The notes beneath the pieces were generated by a model that was not told the origin of the DNA, did no database searches, and worked only from the letters and a program-made list of their open reading frames with translations. Below, in pieces: positions 19,580 through 29,849 of a stretch of DNA of 64,000 nt; position 1 is the stretch's first letter; every line of letters starts with the position of its first letter. The stretch spans positions 258,527 to 322,526 of the forward strand of contig RQSC01000012.1 of assembly GCA_013416795.1 (NCBI GenBank). Reading direction: 5' to 3'. A program made the translations under genes and the position numbers. Origin of the DNA: Prasinococcaceae sp. CCMP 1430 (lineage: Eukaryota > Plantae > Prasinodermophyta).

Positions 19580-22495
19580 ATGGCGAGCCCCGCGCCGCGG
19601 CTCCTCAAGCCGGCGATCGCGACGCAGCTCCGACAGCAGGTGCCAAACCACTACCAGCAGCCGATGGCGCCACCGTCATCGCAGCCGACCTCGCCCGCCG
19701 CGAGGCGGGCGCCGGTGGCAGCGTCTCCGGGGGGGTACTCGTCCATGGGATCTCCCGCGGCGCCCACCCGCCCCACGGCCGTGCGCGGGGACTCGCCGTA
19801 CAAGCTGGCGCCCGCCGTGCGCTCCACGCCTGCGCGTTCGAACGCCGGGGGCGCGATGGCGGCGGCTTCGCCCACGGCCGCAGCCTTACCGAGTTCCTCT
19901 CCGGCCGCCGCGGCCGCAGCTGCAAGCGACGAAACCGGGGCGACCGCATTGCCGGGCCAAGACTCAGCGACGCGCCCGGCTTCATTCCTGTCCCCGCTGG
20001 CGCGCGCCTTCTCCTCGGAGGCGCTGCAGATCCGCAAAAGCTTCCAGGCGCTCGTGCGAGCGTCCCCGGCACCACGCATGCTCTCGGCGATCAGGGCGGG
20101 GTCGAGGTCGCAGGCTCCGCAGCTCGAGCAGCAACCCGCCTCACCTGCGCCGCTCTTTTCGTCTACGCCGCGCACTGGCGCACTCGCTGGGGCGCAGACC
20201 GCACAGGCTGGCGCGCCTGCGGGCACACCTGCGGACCTGCTTGGCGGCCTGATTCCGGGCAGAGCGACCAGGCCGCCCACCCAAACGCACGTATCCCCGA
20301 CTGTCGTGGAGGAGGCATCCACTGAGGTTGACGCGGAGGATACGACTGGATCTGACGGAGACGAGGAAGCAGAGGTTGTCCCTGGAGGAGCAGCGCTGAT
20401 GGCGAAAACCAGCGTGGGCAGAGGGGGGGGTCGCGAGGGGAGAGGCGGTGGCCGCGGTCGAGGCCGCGGCGGCGGCCGCGGTGGCCGCGGCAGCCGCGGC
20501 GGCCGCGGTGGTCGTGGTGGTGGTCGCGGTCGAGGCAGTGCCAGTGGCTCAGGCGTGAGCTCCCCAGGCGCGCAGGTTCAGAAGTCTCCAAAAAAAGCGG
20601 CGGGAAAGGTGAAGCCTGTGCCTGCGAAAAAACCCAAGCAAGGAAAGAAGCAGGCGGTCAAAGAAACACTGGTGTCAGAGCCCGATCCTGAGAGCGACGT
20701 TGCCAGCGAGGCAAGCGAGGACGAGGACGTCGACAACACGGATGCGCCTTCCGAGGCTCCCGCGGGTGCCGTGTGCGAATTGTGCGACGGCTCACCCTGC
20801 TGCGATCCCTCCTCATCCACTGCGGACAACAAGCTCGTGTCGGTCGACGGGCGATACGTGCACGAGGAGTGTGCGGTGTGGTGCCCCGAGGTATATTACA
20901 GCCCCACGGGGGCACTCGTGAACGTGGATGCCGCCCTGCGACGAGCACGGAGGTTGCGCTGCGCGCACTGCGGCGCGCCTGGTGCGGCGGTTGGCTGTCA
21001 GGTGGGGAAATGTCGAAAGACGTACCACCTGCCCTGTCTGGCCGCGAGCGACGCCCAGGTCGACGAGGAGACTTACGCCGTGCGGTGCCCGACGCACGCG
21101 CTCCCGGCCGAGGGCGCGGGCCCCAGTAGTGGCAAGGGCAAAGGCGCGAGCAAGGGCGGCACGGCGGCGACGAAGGCGGCGCCCAAGGAAGAGGCGGCTA
21201 ACGAGGGCGCGGCCGGGACGCGCGAAGTGACGGCCGTGCCTGCTCCTAGGTCGCTCGAGCCCACCACAGGGCGCACACGCAGCGGGCGCGCAGTGATGAA
21301 ACCGGTGGCCTATTGGGAGGGCTCGCGCGTGGAGAAGGACCAGGCCGGGCATGTGCTTGGCGTGCGGCGAGGAGGTCTGAGTGATCTCACGGGGAACTTC
21401 AAGTCGACCCACTGGAGCTCGCTGTCACCCGCTTCCAGCAAACCACCCTCCGGCGCGAGAGCGGGTGCGCAGCGCGGAAAGAAGGCGGCGCCAAGCACGC
21501 CCTCCGAAGCGACGCCGCTAACAGGGAAGCGCAAGGGACAAGGCAAACTTACAGCTGGTGGGAGCGCTGGTGGCGCTGGCAAGCCCGGAAAGCGTGCGCG
21601 GAAGACGCAGGAGTCCCCCGTGGCGTCGCTCGCGCCCGTGGCTGAGGAGGAGCCTACGCCGCACGGAACTGAGGCTGCCGGGCTGCTAAAGGACAGCGAT
21701 GGCGACAGCGAGGAGGAGGAAGAGGAGCAGATGGATGAAAGCGGGTGGCGCGTGTCAGAAGTCGAGGCTCTGTACGCCGCTCATGCGCGCATCAAACCTA
21801 CCGCGCCAAACTTCTGGCAGAAGGTGGCCAAGCACGTCCCCGGGCGCTCGTCGAACGAGTGCTTCACACGATTCTTCGCGACGCACCCGACGCCTGCCCC
21901 CGCAGGTGCGAAAGCCAAAACAAAGACCAAAGCGAACGGCGATGGTCGCGATGGCGGCTCGGCCGCGCGCGGTGGGCGCGCCTCCGATCCTCCCAATCCG
22001 GCCGCGGCAATCGCAGCGGCCGCGCCGCCGCCCCCGCGCGGTGGTCGCGGCACGACGGTCACCGCGGTGCGCAAGCGTGCGCGTGAGCTCCACGAGGAGA
22101 CTCGCGCTGCTGACGCAGCCCACGCGGCCGAGGTGCTCGGCCCCGCCGCGGCGCGAGGCGCAGAGGGCGGGGGCGGGGCGGTGACGCTCTCTGGCTCGGA
22201 CGTGCTGCGGCGACCCGAGGACCGTTCGAACGCCAACGCCTACATCGAGGGCTACCTCAAGCGCACCGCGGCTGGCAAGCGCAAGCAACAGCGCGCGGCG
22301 GCGGCGGGCGGCGCGGGTGGCAGCGGCGGCGCGGCCAGCAGCGCCAAGGGCGGCGGCGGGCAGCGCTTCAAGGACATGGCGGCCATCCTGGCGGCGATCC
22401 GCTCGGCTGAGGGAGAGAAGAAGGCCGCGGAGGACGCCGATGAGGACGCCCTCAACGAGGACGAGGACTACTACTTCAGCGACGCCTCGGAGTAG
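19580..22495 (+). CDS. Chromatin/centromere protein: RGG tract, extended PHD finger, CENP-C-like motif, SANT/Myb domain (KNL2/M18BP1-like)
   Basis: ePHD CELC..YVHEECAVWCPEVY..RCAHCGAPGAAVGCQVGKCRKTYHLPC..CPTH (~20770-21095). CENP-C-like RTRSGRAVMKPVAYWEG (~21270-21325). SANT WRVSEVEALYAAHARIKPTAPNFWQKVAKHVPGRSSNECFTRF (~21745-21880). Confidence 0.8.
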   Translation: MASPAPRLLKPAIATQLRQQVPNHYQQPMAPPSSQPTSPAARRAPVAASPGGYSSMGSPAAPTRPTAVRGDSPYKLAPAVRSTPARSNAGGAMAAASPTAAALPSSSPAAAAAAASDETGATALPGQDSATRPASFLSPLARAFSSEALQIRKSFQALVRASPAPRMLSAIRAGSRSQAPQLEQQPASPAPLFSSTPRTGALAGAQTAQAGAPAGTPADLLGGLIPGRATRPPTQTHVSPTVVEEASTEVDAEDTTGSDGDEEAEVVPGGAALMAKTSVGRGGGREGRGGGRGRGRGGGRGGRGSRGGRGGRGGGRGRGSASGSGVSSPGAQVQKSPKKAAGKVKPVPAKKPKQGKKQAVKETLVSEPDPESDVASEASEDEDVDNTDAPSEAPAGAVCELCDGSPCCDPSSSTADNKLVSVDGRYVHEECAVWCPEVYYSPTGALVNVDAALRRARRLRCAHCGAPGAAVGCQVGKCRKTYHLPCLAASDAQVDEETYAVRCPTHALPAEGAGPSSGKGKGASKGGTAATKAAPKEEAANEGAAGTREVTAVPAPRSLEPTTGRTRSGRAVMKPVAYWEGSRVEKDQAGHVLGVRRGGLSDLTGNFKSTHWSSLSPASSKPPSGARAGAQRGKKAAPSTPSEATPLTGKRKGQGKLTAGGSAGGAGKPGKRARKTQESPVASLAPVAEEEPTPHGTEAAGLLKDSDGDSEEEEEEQMDESGWRVSEVEALYAAHARIKPTAPNFWQKVAKHVPGRSSNECFTRFFATHPTPAPAGAKAKTKTKANGDGRDGGSAARGGRASDPPNPAAAIAAAAPPPPRGGRGTTVTAVRKRARELHEETRAADAAHAAEVLGPAAARGAEGGGGAVTLSGSDVLRRPEDRSNANAYIEGYLKRTAAGKRKQQRAAAAGGAGGSGGAASSAKGGGGQRFKDMAAILAAIRSAEGEKKAAEDADEDALNEDEDYYFSDASE

Positions 22496-22708
22496 GCGGC
22501 ACACCGTCAGGGGAGCTGCCCGCGCTGCACCGTGAAGCGATGCCGAATAAGAAAGGCCTACATTCACGCGCGGCGTTTCGCCCTTCCCCCTCCGGCCTCT
22601 CCGCAGAGCTCGCGCAACAAGGGTGAAGGCGCGTGCGTTGCGTTTGCGTGTGTGCTGGACGGATGGTTTTTACATACAGTAGGGGTCTGCGTCGCGGACG
22701 TATACAGG

Positions 22709-24388
22709 TCAGGCGGTGTAGTCGTTTGGACCCAGGTCGAGGGCGGAGGGGCTGTCGCGACCCGCCTGCTCCTGCCTGGTCTCCTCGAGCTCCTGCTCTC
22801 GGCCGGAGAGGCTCGCCGGCAGGATGCGCGTGAGCCGCGTGGGCGAGCTCACGCCGCGCAGCGTTTGCTCGCCCATGTCGGCGAGCGTCATGCCTCGCAG
22901 CACGTCGAGGCCCGTCTTGTTGTCGAGGACGCACGCCTCGTCGCGCGCGGCGGCCTCCAGGCCGCACAGCAGCGCCGCGGTGGTGCACTCCGACGCCACG
23001 ATCTCCCCGCCGAGCGCCTTGTCGCAGATCCTGCTGGCGACGTTGACGTCGGGGCCGAGGTAGTCCATGCGCTTGGTCTGCGCCACCATGTTTGACAGCG
23101 GGTTTCCAATGTGCAGCCCGACGCGCACGCGGGGCCCGCGCCAGAGCAGCTTGCCGGAGGACGAGTAGCGCGTGGCTGTGCTCTTGCGGTCGTCCACGCC
23201 GTCGGGCCACGCCGCCTGGAGCAGCTCCTCCTGCAGGGTGAGCGAGAAGCGCACCGCGTCCTGCGGCTCGGCGAACGCGATGAAGAAGCCGTCGCCGCCG
23301 CCCTTGACCTCGTAGCCGTTGAAGCGGGCGATGCACGAGCGCGTCACCCAGTCGTGCACGCCGATGGCCTCCTGCATGAAGTCGTGAGCGTCCTCCCACA
23401 GCTTGGTGGAGTCCTGGATGTCCGTGAAGCAGAGGACCATCCAGCCCGACGGCGGCTGCCCCGCCGCGCTCGCGTGCGCCGTGCCGGCGCCCGTCACGCC
23501 GTGGCCGTGGTGGTCGTGGTTCGTCACGCCCCCGTCCAGCGGCTGTCGCGCGCGCCGCGGCATGCGCCCGCTGGTGTTGGCGTTGCTCGGCATGGCGGCC
23601 TCCTGTATCTGCTCCTGCAGGCCCAGCCACTGCTCCTCGGCCCCACCGGGCAGCCCCCGCACGACGAAGGTGTCCACCGCGCGGCCGTCGTCCTCGGTGC
23701 GCACGTTGGCCTCGAGGATGTCGCAGCCGTTCTGCGCGAACACGTTGGCGATCTTGGCCAGGAGGGCGGGCGTGTTCGTCGCCGTCACGCGCACCTCCAC
23801 GGCGGGGGCGCCGTTGTGCGACACGTGCCGCAGGCGCACCTGGCAGTCCACCGGCCGCGGCGAGGGCAGCAGCGCGACCTCCAGCTGCCGCCGCAGGTCG
23901 GACCAGCGCGACTCGGGGAGAGCGCGGTTGTCGCCCAGCGTGGTGACGGTCAGGCTGCAGCGCGTGGCCCCGGCGCTCTGGGTCATGTCCGCCTCCATTA
24001 TTTCCAGGCCGTTTCGGGTGAGGATCGCCGTGAGCTTGGTGAGCAGCGTCGGCTCCACGCTCGGCGTGGCCGCCTTGATGAGCGTGGCCGCACCGCTCGA
24101 GCTGTTGGTGAACTTCACCCCCATGCCGGCGTCCACACCGCTGCTGCCGTCGCCGCCGGCGCCGGCGGCGACGTCCTTCCTCACCTTGACCTTCTTCTGC
24201 AGCGGCTTGGGCAAGCCCATGGCGTCCTCAAAACCGCTGTCCGAGTCGTACCCGCTGCCGGCGCCGGCGCCGTCCGAGTCGGCGGCGTCGTCGGCGGAGC
24301 TGCGCTGCTCGGCCGGGCCCACCACCGCCTGCGGACGCGGGAGAATCTCCCGCCCACCCCCGCCCCCGCCGGCGACGTGGCCGGCCGC
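22709..24388 (-). CDS. ACT-ACT-class III adenylate cyclase; N-terminus in gap
   Basis: ACT1 TLLTKLTAILTRNGLEIMEADM. ACT2 TNTPALLAKIANVFAQNGCDILEANVRTEDDGRAVDTFVV. Cyclase CFTDIQDSTKLWE..YEVKGGGDGFFIAF..RGPRVRVGLHIG..RMDYLGPDVNVASRI. Confidence 0.88.
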   Translation of the reverse strand, partial: AAGHVAGGGGGGREILPRPQAVVGPAEQRSSADDAADSDGAGAGSGYDSDSGFEDAMGLPKPLQKKVKVRKDVAAGAGGDGSSGVDAGMGVKFTNSSSGAATLIKAATPSVEPTLLTKLTAILTRNGLEIMEADMTQSAGATRCSLTVTTLGDNRALPESRWSDLRRQLEVALLPSPRPVDCQVRLRHVSHNGAPAVEVRVTATNTPALLAKIANVFAQNGCDILEANVRTEDDGRAVDTFVVRGLPGGAEEQWLGLQEQIQEAAMPSNANTSGRMPRRARQPLDGGVTNHDHHGHGVTGAGTAHASAAGQPPSGWMVLCFTDIQDSTKLWEDAHDFMQEAIGVHDWVTRSCIARFNGYEVKGGGDGFFIAFAEPQDAVRFSLTLQEELLQAAWPDGVDDRKSTATRYSSSGKLLWRGPRVRVGLHIGNPLSNMVAQTKRMDYLGPDVNVASRICDKALGGEIVASECTTAALLCGLEAAARDEACVLDNKTGLDVLRGMTLADMGEQTLRGVSSPTRLTRILPASLSGREQELEETRQEQAGRDSPSALDLGPNDYTA

Positions 24389-25864
24389 NNNNNNNNNNNN
24401 NNNNNNNNNNNNNNNNNNNNNNNNNNNNNNNNNNNNNNNNNNNNNNNNNNNNNNNNNNNNNNNNNNNNNNNNNNNNNNNNNNNNNNNNNNNNNNNNNNNN
24501 NNNNNNNNNNNNNNNNNNNNNNNNNNNNNNNNNNNNNNNNNGCCGGCCGCCTCCGTCCTGACCCCCCGCCTCCCCCCCGCGGTGCTTTCCCGCCCGCTCG
24601 CGGGCCGCGCAAATAAATGGGCCGCCAAACCCGCGCGCGGCGTCGCGGAATCCGGCACCCGAAATCCCCCTGGCGCGAAACCCGCCGAGCCACCGCCGCG
24701 CACCCGGCCCGGCCGCGCCAAACCGCGGATCGCCCGCGGGCGAAAGCGTGCGCGCGCGGGGAAAAAGCCGCGGGCCGAAATGGGCGCGCTTCCGGAAAAG
24801 GCGCATCGGCGCCCCCTTCGGACCGCCGCGGGCGCCAAAGGAACAACGGCGAAGGGCGGCGCAGCGAAGCGCGTTTTTTTTTTTTTTTCTCCCCGGCCAG
24901 GCCGGCCTCTTCCGTTCCCGCGTCCTTTCGCGGCGCCGGGGCGCGTTTTCGGGGGGGCGAAGAGAGGTGGATTCGCACCCGGAAACGCGCGGGGCCCGTT
25001 TCCCGCTGCGGCGACGAATGGAAAATGGCCGCGACGCCGCGGAAGTGCGCGCACAGGGTAACGCCAAAGTTTCCGTTTTTTTTTTTTTGGACTTCGGAAG
25101 CACTTTGTATGGCGTCCGGACGGTAACAGCCGCGCGCGCACGCACCGGCATCCTGCCAGCTGGGGCTGTGCTCAGCGCTCGGCCCCCGCGTCGGAACGCG
25201 CGTCGCGTGCGGGCCCTGAATTCGATTGCGCGCGCGCGCGCGCGCGCGCGCCGACACCTCGCCGGCGACGTCCGGTCAACACGCGCCGCCTCAGCCTCAG
25301 CCGAGCCCGCACCGGGCCCGGGGGGCCAGAATGCAGAACCAGAATTACTAAACCCTAACCCAAACCACCGCCTCAGTGCCGACCGCCTCAACCCTAATCC
25401 CGTGCCGCAGAGCTTGTCTTGCTTGTTGTGGGTTGGGTGGTGGGCGGCAGCATCTGGCTCCCTTCCGAGCCGGGGAGGCGCGTGCTGCCAGTGTATGCCT
25501 CCGGTGCTCGCGCAGATCCCTCCGACCGGGAATTTCATCCGGAAATGCGCGAGCGGCGCGCCGGCATCTTTCATGAACGGCTCATCAACAGTCGTCGACC
25601 AACGCCACGAGGAGAAACTGGCGGCCCCAAAAACGCGCGCGCGCGCACGCTCGGCGGCCTCATCCGCCGCGCGATCGGAGGCGCCCCGGCGAAACTTCGC
25701 CCGGCGTTTGCCCCCCTGCAATGCAGGCGCTCGACCATTCGTCGCGCGACCCTCCGTACTTTCGGGAGCGAAATTGGCGCGCCTCCGCGAAAGCGACCCG
25801 GCGGCTCTCCGGATGCGCGCGCGCGCGCCGGCGCTTCTCGCGACGAGCGCCCCTCTCTTTTTCG

Positions 25865-25895
25865 TTTTATTTATTTATTTATTTATTTATTTATT
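25865..25895 (+). repeat. (TTTA)n microsatellite
   Basis: ttttatttatttatttatttatttatttatttt read directly. Confidence 0.9.
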
Positions 25896-26438
25896 TTACG
25901 TAAGGTTGCGTTTTCGCGCGGCGCGTCCGCGCGCTCGCCCCACCGGACGAGTGCCGGGCCCACCTCGCGCCGAAAACGCGGGGGGGAGCGGCGCGGGGAG
26001 ACGGCGCCGCGTTTCGGCGTCGCCGTCCAAAAAAAAAAAAAAAAAAGATGGGAGCGAGGCGCGCGGTGTTATGCTGCGGGCACGCGCCCGCGCGCGCGCG
26101 CGCGTGGGCGCGTCACAGCGCGCGCGGGGAGGGGGTTGTGGGAGCGCCCCCGTTCGCGGCGCCCTCGCGGGGAAAGGGGGGCGGTGGTGGCGGGGAAGCG
26201 CGCGCGAGCGGGAGGGGCAGGGGTGTGTGGGGGGTGGAGCGCGGAGAGAAGCTCGCGCGCGTGCTTGCGCTCGCTCGCTCGCTCGCTCGCGCGCGGTCGC
26301 GGTCTCGCCCGCGCGGTCGACGTGCCGGCGGCGCGTCGGAGTCCGCNNNNNNNNNNNNNNNNNNNNNNNNNNNNNNNNNNNNNNNNNNNNNNNNNNNNNN
26401 NNNNNNNNNNNNNNNNNNNNNNNNNNNNNNNNNNNNNN

Positions 26439-28239
26439 CGACGACGCCGGCGTCGTCGCGCCAGCCGCCGCGGCCGTCGCGACGAAAAACTCGGCCGGCG
26501 GCGTCGGCAAGAAGGCGGAGAGGGAGGCGCAGGCCGGCCCGGCGCCGTGGGAGCGCGCCGAGGCCGAGGAGGCGGCCATCAATGACGTGGAGAAGCGCAT
26601 GGGTGATGCCGCGGCTCGGGAGGACTTTGCGGAGGCCGCGGCGCTGCGCGACGAGGCCGCCGCGCTGCGCGAGGGGGACCTCGTGGGGAAGGTGCTCGAT
26701 GCGTCGGAGCGCGCCGTCGCCGAGGAGCGCTACGCGGACGCTGCGGCCCTCCGAGACGGCGGCGGCGCGGGGCTGGTGGGATGGTGGGCGGCGGACCGCG
26801 CCGCGGACGGCACGAAGCTCCCCTCCGGCCACGTGCTCTGCATCACCGCGCAGCACGGCAGGCTCGTCGGGCGCACCGTGCGCCCAGTGGACCTCGCCGA
26901 GGGCGCCGACGGCGCGCCCGCGCTGGAGTTCTTCCCGCGCGAGGTGGGCGAGGGGCGCTACGAGCTCGACACGTACGCCATTGGCGACCCGGTGGCCGAG
27001 GAGGCGGAGGACGCCGAGGCCGAGGGCAGCGCCGGCGAGGGCGGCGCCGAGGCCAGTGCGCCCGGCAACATCTGGGCCGAGGCGCAGGAGCAGCTGATGA
27101 ACGTGCTCAGCATGAGCCAGGGGGGCGCGCAGTCGCAGACGCAGTCGCAGCCGAAGGAGCAGGAGGGCGCGGAGGGGGGGGCGCGCGCGGCGGCGTCGGC
27201 GCCGGCGGATGAGTCCGCCCGCGACGGGCTGGCGAGCGTCGACGGCGACGCGCTCGTCAGCGACCTCCTGCGCGCGGAGCTCGCGGCAGGCGCCGCAGGC
27301 GCGGGCGAGGTCGAGCTCCAGCGCCACCCTGCCAAGGTGGAGTGGCAGAGCGGACCGGGCGCATTTTCCCTGCGCGTGGACGGCGCCGACGCTGCGGCCG
27401 TCGCCGCGTGGCGCGACGCGCAGCTGAGCAAGGACGCGCTCATGTCCGCGGTGGACGTCGGCCTGCCCGACGCCGACACGGAGGGCGGCGTCGTCACTCC
27501 GCTGCGCGACGCCCTCGGCGAGCTGAGCTCGGCGACAATCGAGGACATTTCGAGCACCAAGGGCGCCAGCGCCGACATGGTTGTCGACGATGAGAATGAG
27601 GACGATGAGGAGGGCCGCGCGGTGGAGGAGCAGATGCGCATGATCCTCGAGTCGGAGTTCGCGCGCATGCAGGGGCGTCTCAGCCAGGCGCCGCCGTCGG
27701 CGCTCTATCGCCGGCTGGACACGTCGGCCCGCGGCACGATGCAGGGACTCTTCATCGGAAGCTTTGGGCCTCACGGCCCCGAGGCGGTGCAGCTCGTCAT
27801 GGATGAGGCCAGTCGCATCTTCCACGACGACGACGACGGCGACTTCGCCAAGGACCCCAGCGAGCTTTGCGTGATGGCGACCAAGGTCACCGGCGACAAC
27901 AATGTGCACGCCGGCGAGGTGACTTTCCGCGCGCGCGTGGGGCGTGGCAGCAAGCTTGACCCGCGTGAGGTCTTCCCCGACGACTTGGGCGTCACGGCGA
28001 GGTACCCGGGACAGGGGCGCGTGGCGCAGGCGGGGTTCACCAATCCGCAGTGGGTCGATGGCGAGCTCCTCGTTTTCGACTCGCGCGGTGCTGAGATGAC
28101 CGGTGGCGCCGAGCTCGGGTTCGTTTGGGCCGTCCCCGGTGAGCGCCGCTTCCTGGTGCTCTTCAATCGCCTGGTGGCGGCCAAGGGTGACGCGCGCATG
28201 GACGTGCTCGTCAAGGGCGTCAGCGCGAGCGCGCAGTGA
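26439..28239 (+). CDS. EXECUTER 1/2-like plastid protein (UVR repeats + DUF3506); N-terminus in gap
   Basis: UVR-like AREDFAEAAALRDE and AEERYADAAALRDGGGAGLVGWW. C-domain GLFIGSFGPHGPE..ATKVTGDNNVHAGEVTFRARVG..YPGQGRVAQAGFTNPQWVDGELL..LGFVWAVPGERRFLVLFNRL. Confidence 0.88.
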
Positions 28240-29308
28240 ACACTGAGCTCGCCCGGCCAGTGCAGCGGCGATGCGGCTGCGGCGCCTCCGCGCCAGCGCC
28301 GAGCAAAACCAACGCGGGGTTTGGTACCTGTGCGACACCCAAGGCCGCCTTTTTTTCGCAACGAGCGAGCAGACAAGGGATGTGGCGCGCCCGCGGCCCG
28401 CCCACCCCAGCTCGACGCATTGCGCTCGCCGCACACTGCGGCGGCGATATATAAGACTGAGAAAGTTGAAGCAGTGCACCGCGACCGCCCCCTCCGCAGC
28501 CTGAGACCCGCGAATGAATGTCCCTCGGTCGAGCGCGCGGTGCGCTAGAGCGAGAGCGAGAGCGCCGTCCACACGCCCCCCCCCCCTTCCCCTTTTCCAT
28601 GCGCTGGTCCCGTTCCACGCACCACGTGCATGCTTGAGGTTTCACCACTGGATCCGGGTCGAGTGAGAACAGCCATCAAACCAATCGGGCTCGATCGATG
28701 CGCAAATCGAACCCTAAAAATATTTTTGGTATTTTGCTCGCAAACGCAGCAACCCAAGTCGTAAGTTGACGCAGCCGAGCAGGCCCGCATCATCAGTCAG
28801 TCAGAGGGCAAGCCTTGATTGGTTGGTTGGTTGGTGGTCTCGGTCGGTCGGCCGGCCGGTCGGTGGCCCAAGCACACCGGCCGGCTGGGTGCCGCGCCGC
28901 GCCGCGCCGCGTCCGCTCGCGCTGCGTCCGCTCGCGCCGCGAGCGGTGCCTGAATATGTGCCCCCGCGCAACGCCGCGCGGCCGCGCCTCTATTTCTCTG
29001 TGTTCTGCTGCCGTCCGCGCGCCGCCGGTGCCACCAACCAGCCATCCAACAACGACAACAACAGCCAGCGACGGTCTCTCGCGCATGCGCACGGTGGATG
29101 GATCGATCGACGATCGCCCAGGCTGATACGCGTACGCGTGCACGTGCCATGCGCACCTGGGTCTGTCGCGCTCGCGCGGGCTTACTGATCCGGCGGCGGG
29201 CACGCGCCCTCGGTCGGTCGGGCTCTCATCACGCCACCAACCACCAACCAAAACGCAGGCCGTCGCGCCGTCGCCCCGCGGCCGGCGCGGCGCGGCGCGG
29301 CGCGGCCG

Positions 29309-29400
29309 ATGACCATGTCGGGGGTGCCGGCGGGGCTGGGCTCCAGCATGCCCAATCCGGACGAGCTCGCGGACTTCCTGGAGCAGGTGGACTCCGTCTC
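29309..29400 (+). CDS. Possible first exon of a gene cut by the single-N join at 29401 (weakly TTC12-like N-terminus)
   Basis: MTMSGVPAGLGSSMPNPDELADFLEQVDSVS, with coding-like codon usage inside otherwise intergenic DNA. It ends at the N. Confidence 0.3.
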
Positions 29401-29849
29401 NGCGTAGGGACGCCCCGACGAGGGCAGGGGGCGGCGTTGGCGCCGCCTGCTCCAACGCCGCCGTCGGCGCGGCGGTGACTTGGCGAAAAAGCGCGCCCAA
29501 AACGCCCGGAGCGCCGGCGCTTGCGCGCGCCGCGCGCGCGCAAAGGAAAAAAAAAACGCGCGCTGGGGGAACCGGACCCCATCAGTTCGCACCGCCAACG
29601 CGCGCGCGCCAACCGCCGCCCGCCCGCAAAAAAAAAAAAAGCTGGGATTTCCGCTCTGCGATTCTTCTGCTCTGCGGTTTTCACGGTTCCCTAACCGGCC
29701 GCGGCGCAGCTGGGCAGCGGGGCGCGGCGGGGGGCGGGGGAGCGAGGAGGGGAAGAGGCCGCTGATCGGTCAGCGCGCCCTACGCGTCTTCGCCGGGCCA
29801 AGCACGGGGGCGGAGGGGGGATAGGAGGGGCCGGTCTGCGAGAGCGGCG

